Shown piece after piece: positions 28,788 to 32,000 of a stretch of DNA of 32,000 nucleotides. Position numbers and translations under genes: made by a program. Numbering within the stretch: the stretch's first letter is position 1; every line of letters begins with the position of its first letter. Below the pieces are notes generated by a model. That model did not search any database and was not told the DNA's origin. It worked only from the letters and a program-made list of their open reading frames with translations. The DNA comes from Paramicrosporidium saccamoebae KSL3 (taxonomy: Eukaryota; Fungi; Cryptomycota): NCBI GenBank assembly GCA_002794465.1, contig MTSL01000003.1, positions 41,733 to 73,732 on the forward strand, written 5' to 3'.

Positions 28788-29711
28788 TCATTTGAGCTGA
28801 TCTCCGACCTTGTATGACGCCAGTTTACCCCTATAATGTAAATCGCATCGCCTGCTGTACCAGTCAACCTTGGCGCGAGTGATGGGAAGCTGTCTTCTCA
28901 ATTTCTTAAATGTCGTCTCTGCAAGTTGGCCATAGGCCTCATTCACTGCCACCTGTACCTCGTCCTCTTTTGCTCGAATTTGCTTGACCAGCTCCTGAGC
29001 AGCATCCGCCATATCGCCAGCGTACTTTTCCAAGCTCCAGGAGAATTCGCACTTTCGCGTAGTGTTTAGCTGTACATTTCCGTCTTCAAAATAATGAACG
29101 ATAATGTTTATGGTTCCACGCACCATCGTTTCAGTAGGATCGATGAGCCATGACGAGTACCACTGGCCGTTTCTCATATTTTCAAGCTGGAAACGATCGC
29201 CAACTAGCGCTAGATGGTACTTTCCGTCTCTTAAGGTGACTAGGTTTCTTCCTTTTGGCAGGGCTTGCTTCATGTATGCATTTATAGCATCCTTGATGGC
29301 CAATCTGAGTTCATCCCTGCAGCAACTCGACTCGTCTATTATTGTCTCTTCCACCTCCTGTAACAATCAATGGGTGGGGATTTGTTGTACCAAGTTAAAG
29401 TGGTTCACTGTAACTATCGCCCCCGATTCGGGCTCTAGAAAGGAGCCGTCAGTGAGCTCGTTATATTCCGTCAATATGACAGGGACACTACCATCATTGA
29501 TGGTAACTGTTGCTCCAGTCTGCAAATTCCTCTGCTTGACTGCTTCATGGAGCCTAATGAGAAGCTCATCATTCCCCAAGATTGTCTGTATATCTGACCA
29601 GTCATTGCGCCAACCACGCCTGTTACCTTGCAAGACATCCGCAAACTCGCCGGGCGGACACTGACCTAGTAGTTCTGTCGCCAGCGACACTTTTTCATCA
29701 ACACTCAGCAT
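28788..29711 (-). CDS. CAP1: F-actin capping protein alpha subunit, about 275 aa, 4 exons
   Basis: CPPGEFADVLQ|DIQTIL, ENMRNGQWYSSW, VHYFEDGNVQL and FKKLRRQLPITRAKVDW|GKLASYKVG; introns 29594-29626, 29358-29390 and 28831-28860 (33, 33, 30 nt). An alternative in-frame ATG lies at 29732. Confidence 0.93.
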
Positions 29712-29789
29712 GCCCTCCGTGCTACCTGGCATCACAAACAGTGGCGGTGTGCCGTCGCTTAAGTGGCCTTGCCAGGGTATTTTTTCCAA
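29712..29789. promoter_or_regulatory. 78-bp head-to-head spacer between CAP1 and GCN20 (bidirectional promoter)
   Basis: Distance between the most likely start codons, 29711 (-) and 29790 (+). Confidence 0.5.
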
Positions 29790-31994
29790 ATGGAAGCTAT
29801 CCAAGAAGACCTGCTTAAAGTTGCAAAGAGGAAGGAAGTACACGGGGCGGTCATTGACTTTGTGGAGCAGATTGTGAAAAACTGGATGGCAGATGGAGGC
29901 CGTGGTGGGGATGCAGTGCAGGAGGTGCGCACAACCATTGAGCCAATTTTAAGAGAGGCTGGATTAGATGATGCAGATTGGGATTCGTGCTGGAAGACTA
30001 TTTACGAGGGCCGTTCTACAAATGAGCAGATTAGTGAATGGGAGGTAGCCGAGTCCATTGTACCGATTGAGAACCCCGTTCAGATGAACTTGTCGCCGAT
30101 TAGCGTTTCCATGAGCAATACGAACAAAGTGTCGCTTGACTGGCTGGCCTCCAAGAGAGTTGTGGCCTCACAAGTCGACAAGGACAAACTCCAAAAGGTC
30201 ATCTCTCGTCACCGACAGCGGGCGGAGAAGAGAGGACTGAAGGCTGCCGACCCCAAGCAGCTGATTGACGATGAGATTGCGGCAATTACAAAACAGGTTG
30301 AATGGGATCCCCAGGCGGTGGTTGACGAGTTACTCTCCGAGACCATGTCGGATGGGCCTCGTGTTACCCGCGACCTTTTACTTGAAAACTTTGATATTAC
30401 TTTGGGAGGGAAACGTATCCTAACCAACGCATCACTGTTACTGTCCTATGGCCGTCGATATGGTTTGGTTGGACGCAATGGAGTTGGAAAATCCACTCTG
30501 CTGAGAAACATGTCGTCACGCCAGCTTTCTGTCCCGGCCACAACGTCTATTCTTCATGTTGAACAAGAAGTTGTGGGTGACGACACTACTGCACTCCAAA
30601 GCGTGCTGTCGGCTGATTTCAAGCGCGAAGCATTGTTAGCTGAAGAGAGGCGACTCCAATTGGCCCTACAATCCGTTCCTCCAGTCGATGACAAGATTAG
30701 TCGCATGATGACCCACCGACTAGAGGCAGTGTATCGCGTTTTGCATGAAATGGATGCTGCAAGTGCCGAAGCACGTGCATCAATGATCCTAAATGGTTTA
30801 GGATTCAGCAACGATGATCAGCGCAAACCGACCAAACACTTTTCTGGTGGGTGGCGAATGCGCATTGCCCTTGCCCGTGCCTTGTTCTGCCAGCCCGACT
30901 TGCTTCTTTTGGACGAACCTACCAACATGTTGGATTTCCCCTCTGTGGTTTGGCTTGAAGGATATCTCTTGAATTGGCCCGGCACATTGTTAGTTGTGAG
31001 TCACGACCGTTGTTTCCTCGATAATATTGCGACCGATGTTCTGCATATGCACAATGAACAACTTGAAGCCTATCGTGGCAATTACGTCCAATTCTTGACG
31101 ACTCGCGAGGAGCGTTTGAAGAATCAGCAGCGTGAATACGAGGCGCAGCTGCAATATCGCCAACACCTGCAGGCGTTTGTGGATCGCTGGCGCTACAATG
31201 CTAATCGTGCTCCTCAGGCTCAGAGTCGATTAAAGATTCTGGAAAAGCTGCCGGATCTGAAGCCCGTGGTTGCTGAGGCGCCTGTAGTGGTGCGATTCCC
31301 TGCGGTCGAGCAGATGACACCTCCAATTTTGCAACTAGATGAGGTTTCATTCCGATATCCGCCTAGGGAGGAGGGAATGGCAAGTCCTATGATCTTGGAA
31401 CACGTCAATTTCAATGTGCAGCCCGGCTCTCGGCTCGCTATTGTCGGCCCTAATGGTGCTGGAAAGACCACTCTGCTCCGGCTACTCTGTGGGCCATTGG
31501 AGCCCACTTCTGGGCATCTTTACCGCCACGGTCGTCTCCGCATCGGCTTCTTCTCCCAGCACCATGTGGACCAGCTCGATTTGCGCCTAAACGCCCTCCA
31601 ACTAATGCAGCAGCGATTCCCCGGCAGTACGGAGGAGGAGTACCGTCATCAACTTGGAGCCTTTGGTCTCAGTGGTCCATTAGCCCTACAGACACTGGCC
31701 ACTCTCTCAGGAGGACAGAAGAGCCGTGCCGTCTTTGCCCTTCTTGCCATGGAACGTCCGCATATTATGATTCTAGATGAGCCCACTAATCATCTCGACA
31801 TGGATACCATCGATGCCCTAATCAAGGCTCTTCGCGATTACACGGGTGGTGTGCTAGTTGTGTCTCACGACAAGCGGTTTATTGATCTCCTCTGCACTGA
31901 AATTTGGATCTGTGCCGAATCTCGTGTCCAGAAATTTGATGGTTCCATCCATGAGTATGCCCAAAGTCTGCTACTTGCCCGTGCCAAGCTTTAG
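29790..31994 (+). CDS. GCN20: ABC-F family ATPase GCN20/ABCF3, 734 aa
   Basis: First true ATG at 29790. Two ABC cassettes (GRNGVGKST, FSGGWRMR, LLLDEPTN; GPNGAGKTT, LSGGQKSR, ILDEPTN), no TM segments, and a long N-terminal extension typical of ABCF3/Gcn20. Confidence 0.92.
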   Translation: MEAIQEDLLKVAKRKEVHGAVIDFVEQIVKNWMADGGRGGDAVQEVRTTIEPILREAGLDDADWDSCWKTIYEGRSTNEQISEWEVAESIVPIENPVQMNLSPISVSMSNTNKVSLDWLASKRVVASQVDKDKLQKVISRHRQRAEKRGLKAADPKQLIDDEIAAITKQVEWDPQAVVDELLSETMSDGPRVTRDLLLENFDITLGGKRILTNASLLLSYGRRYGLVGRNGVGKSTLLRNMSSRQLSVPATTSILHVEQEVVGDDTTALQSVLSADFKREALLAEERRLQLALQSVPPVDDKISRMMTHRLEAVYRVLHEMDAASAEARASMILNGLGFSNDDQRKPTKHFSGGWRMRIALARALFCQPDLLLLDEPTNMLDFPSVVWLEGYLLNWPGTLLVVSHDRCFLDNIATDVLHMHNEQLEAYRGNYVQFLTTREERLKNQQREYEAQLQYRQHLQAFVDRWRYNANRAPQAQSRLKILEKLPDLKPVVAEAPVVVRFPAVEQMTPPILQLDEVSFRYPPREEGMASPMILEHVNFNVQPGSRLAIVGPNGAGKTTLLRLLCGPLEPTSGHLYRHGRLRIGFFSQHHVDQLDLRLNALQLMQQRFPGSTEEEYRHQLGAFGLSGPLALQTLATLSGGQKSRAVFALLAMERPHIMILDEPTNHLDMDTIDALIKALRDYTGGVLVVSHDKRFIDLLCTEIWICAESRVQKFDGSIHEYAQSLLLARAKL

Positions 31995-32000
31995 AGCATT

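Noticed and set aside
4873-31994. Apparent cluster of ribosome and gene-expression genes (JMJD5, mL50, GNL1, SPB1, RPL26, RPB1, SUB2, GCN20)
   Set aside because: Reduced genomes are dominated by such housekeeping genes; no shared regulatory motif was seen.
37-31994. Non-standard genetic code or non-ATG starts suggested by the ORF track
   Set aside because: TAA, TAG and TGA all end conserved proteins, every internal stop is explained by a short intron, and each gene has a suitable ATG.

Overview
This is a very gene-dense eukaryotic window, not a prokaryotic one. It holds 17 protein-coding genes (13 on the minus strand) and 25 spliceosomal GT-AG introns reconstructed by hand; 24 introns are 28-37 nt, so the ORF track splits or misses many genes. 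In order: myosin-motor-like chitin synthase, JMJD5-like JmjC oxygenase, mitoribosomal mL50, MPO1/DUF962, GNL1-like GTPase, STE12-like factor, SPB1, LCB1, mitochondrial ClpX, a small Sds3-like protein, RPL26, RPB1, SUB2/UAP56, a four-exon complex I accessory subunit gene absent from the ORF track, methionine synthase reductase, CapZ alpha, and GCN20/ABCF3. Chitin synthase, an STE domain, tiny introns, extreme compaction, an Ala7 RPB1 CTD and a respiring mitochondrion point to a Rozellomycota or short-branch microsporidian, possibly Paramicrosporidium-like (inference). No CRISPR array, transposon, tRNA or rRNA was seen. The most interesting signals are the hidden complex I microgene, the two-block Ser7-less CTD, a B12-pathway enzyme, a NAGNAG acceptor that would put a stop into LCB1, three non-coding tandem arrays made of intron-like GT..AG units downstream of stop codons, and a structured H/ACA-like intergenic element. 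All homology calls come from motif recognition by eye; no database search was run.
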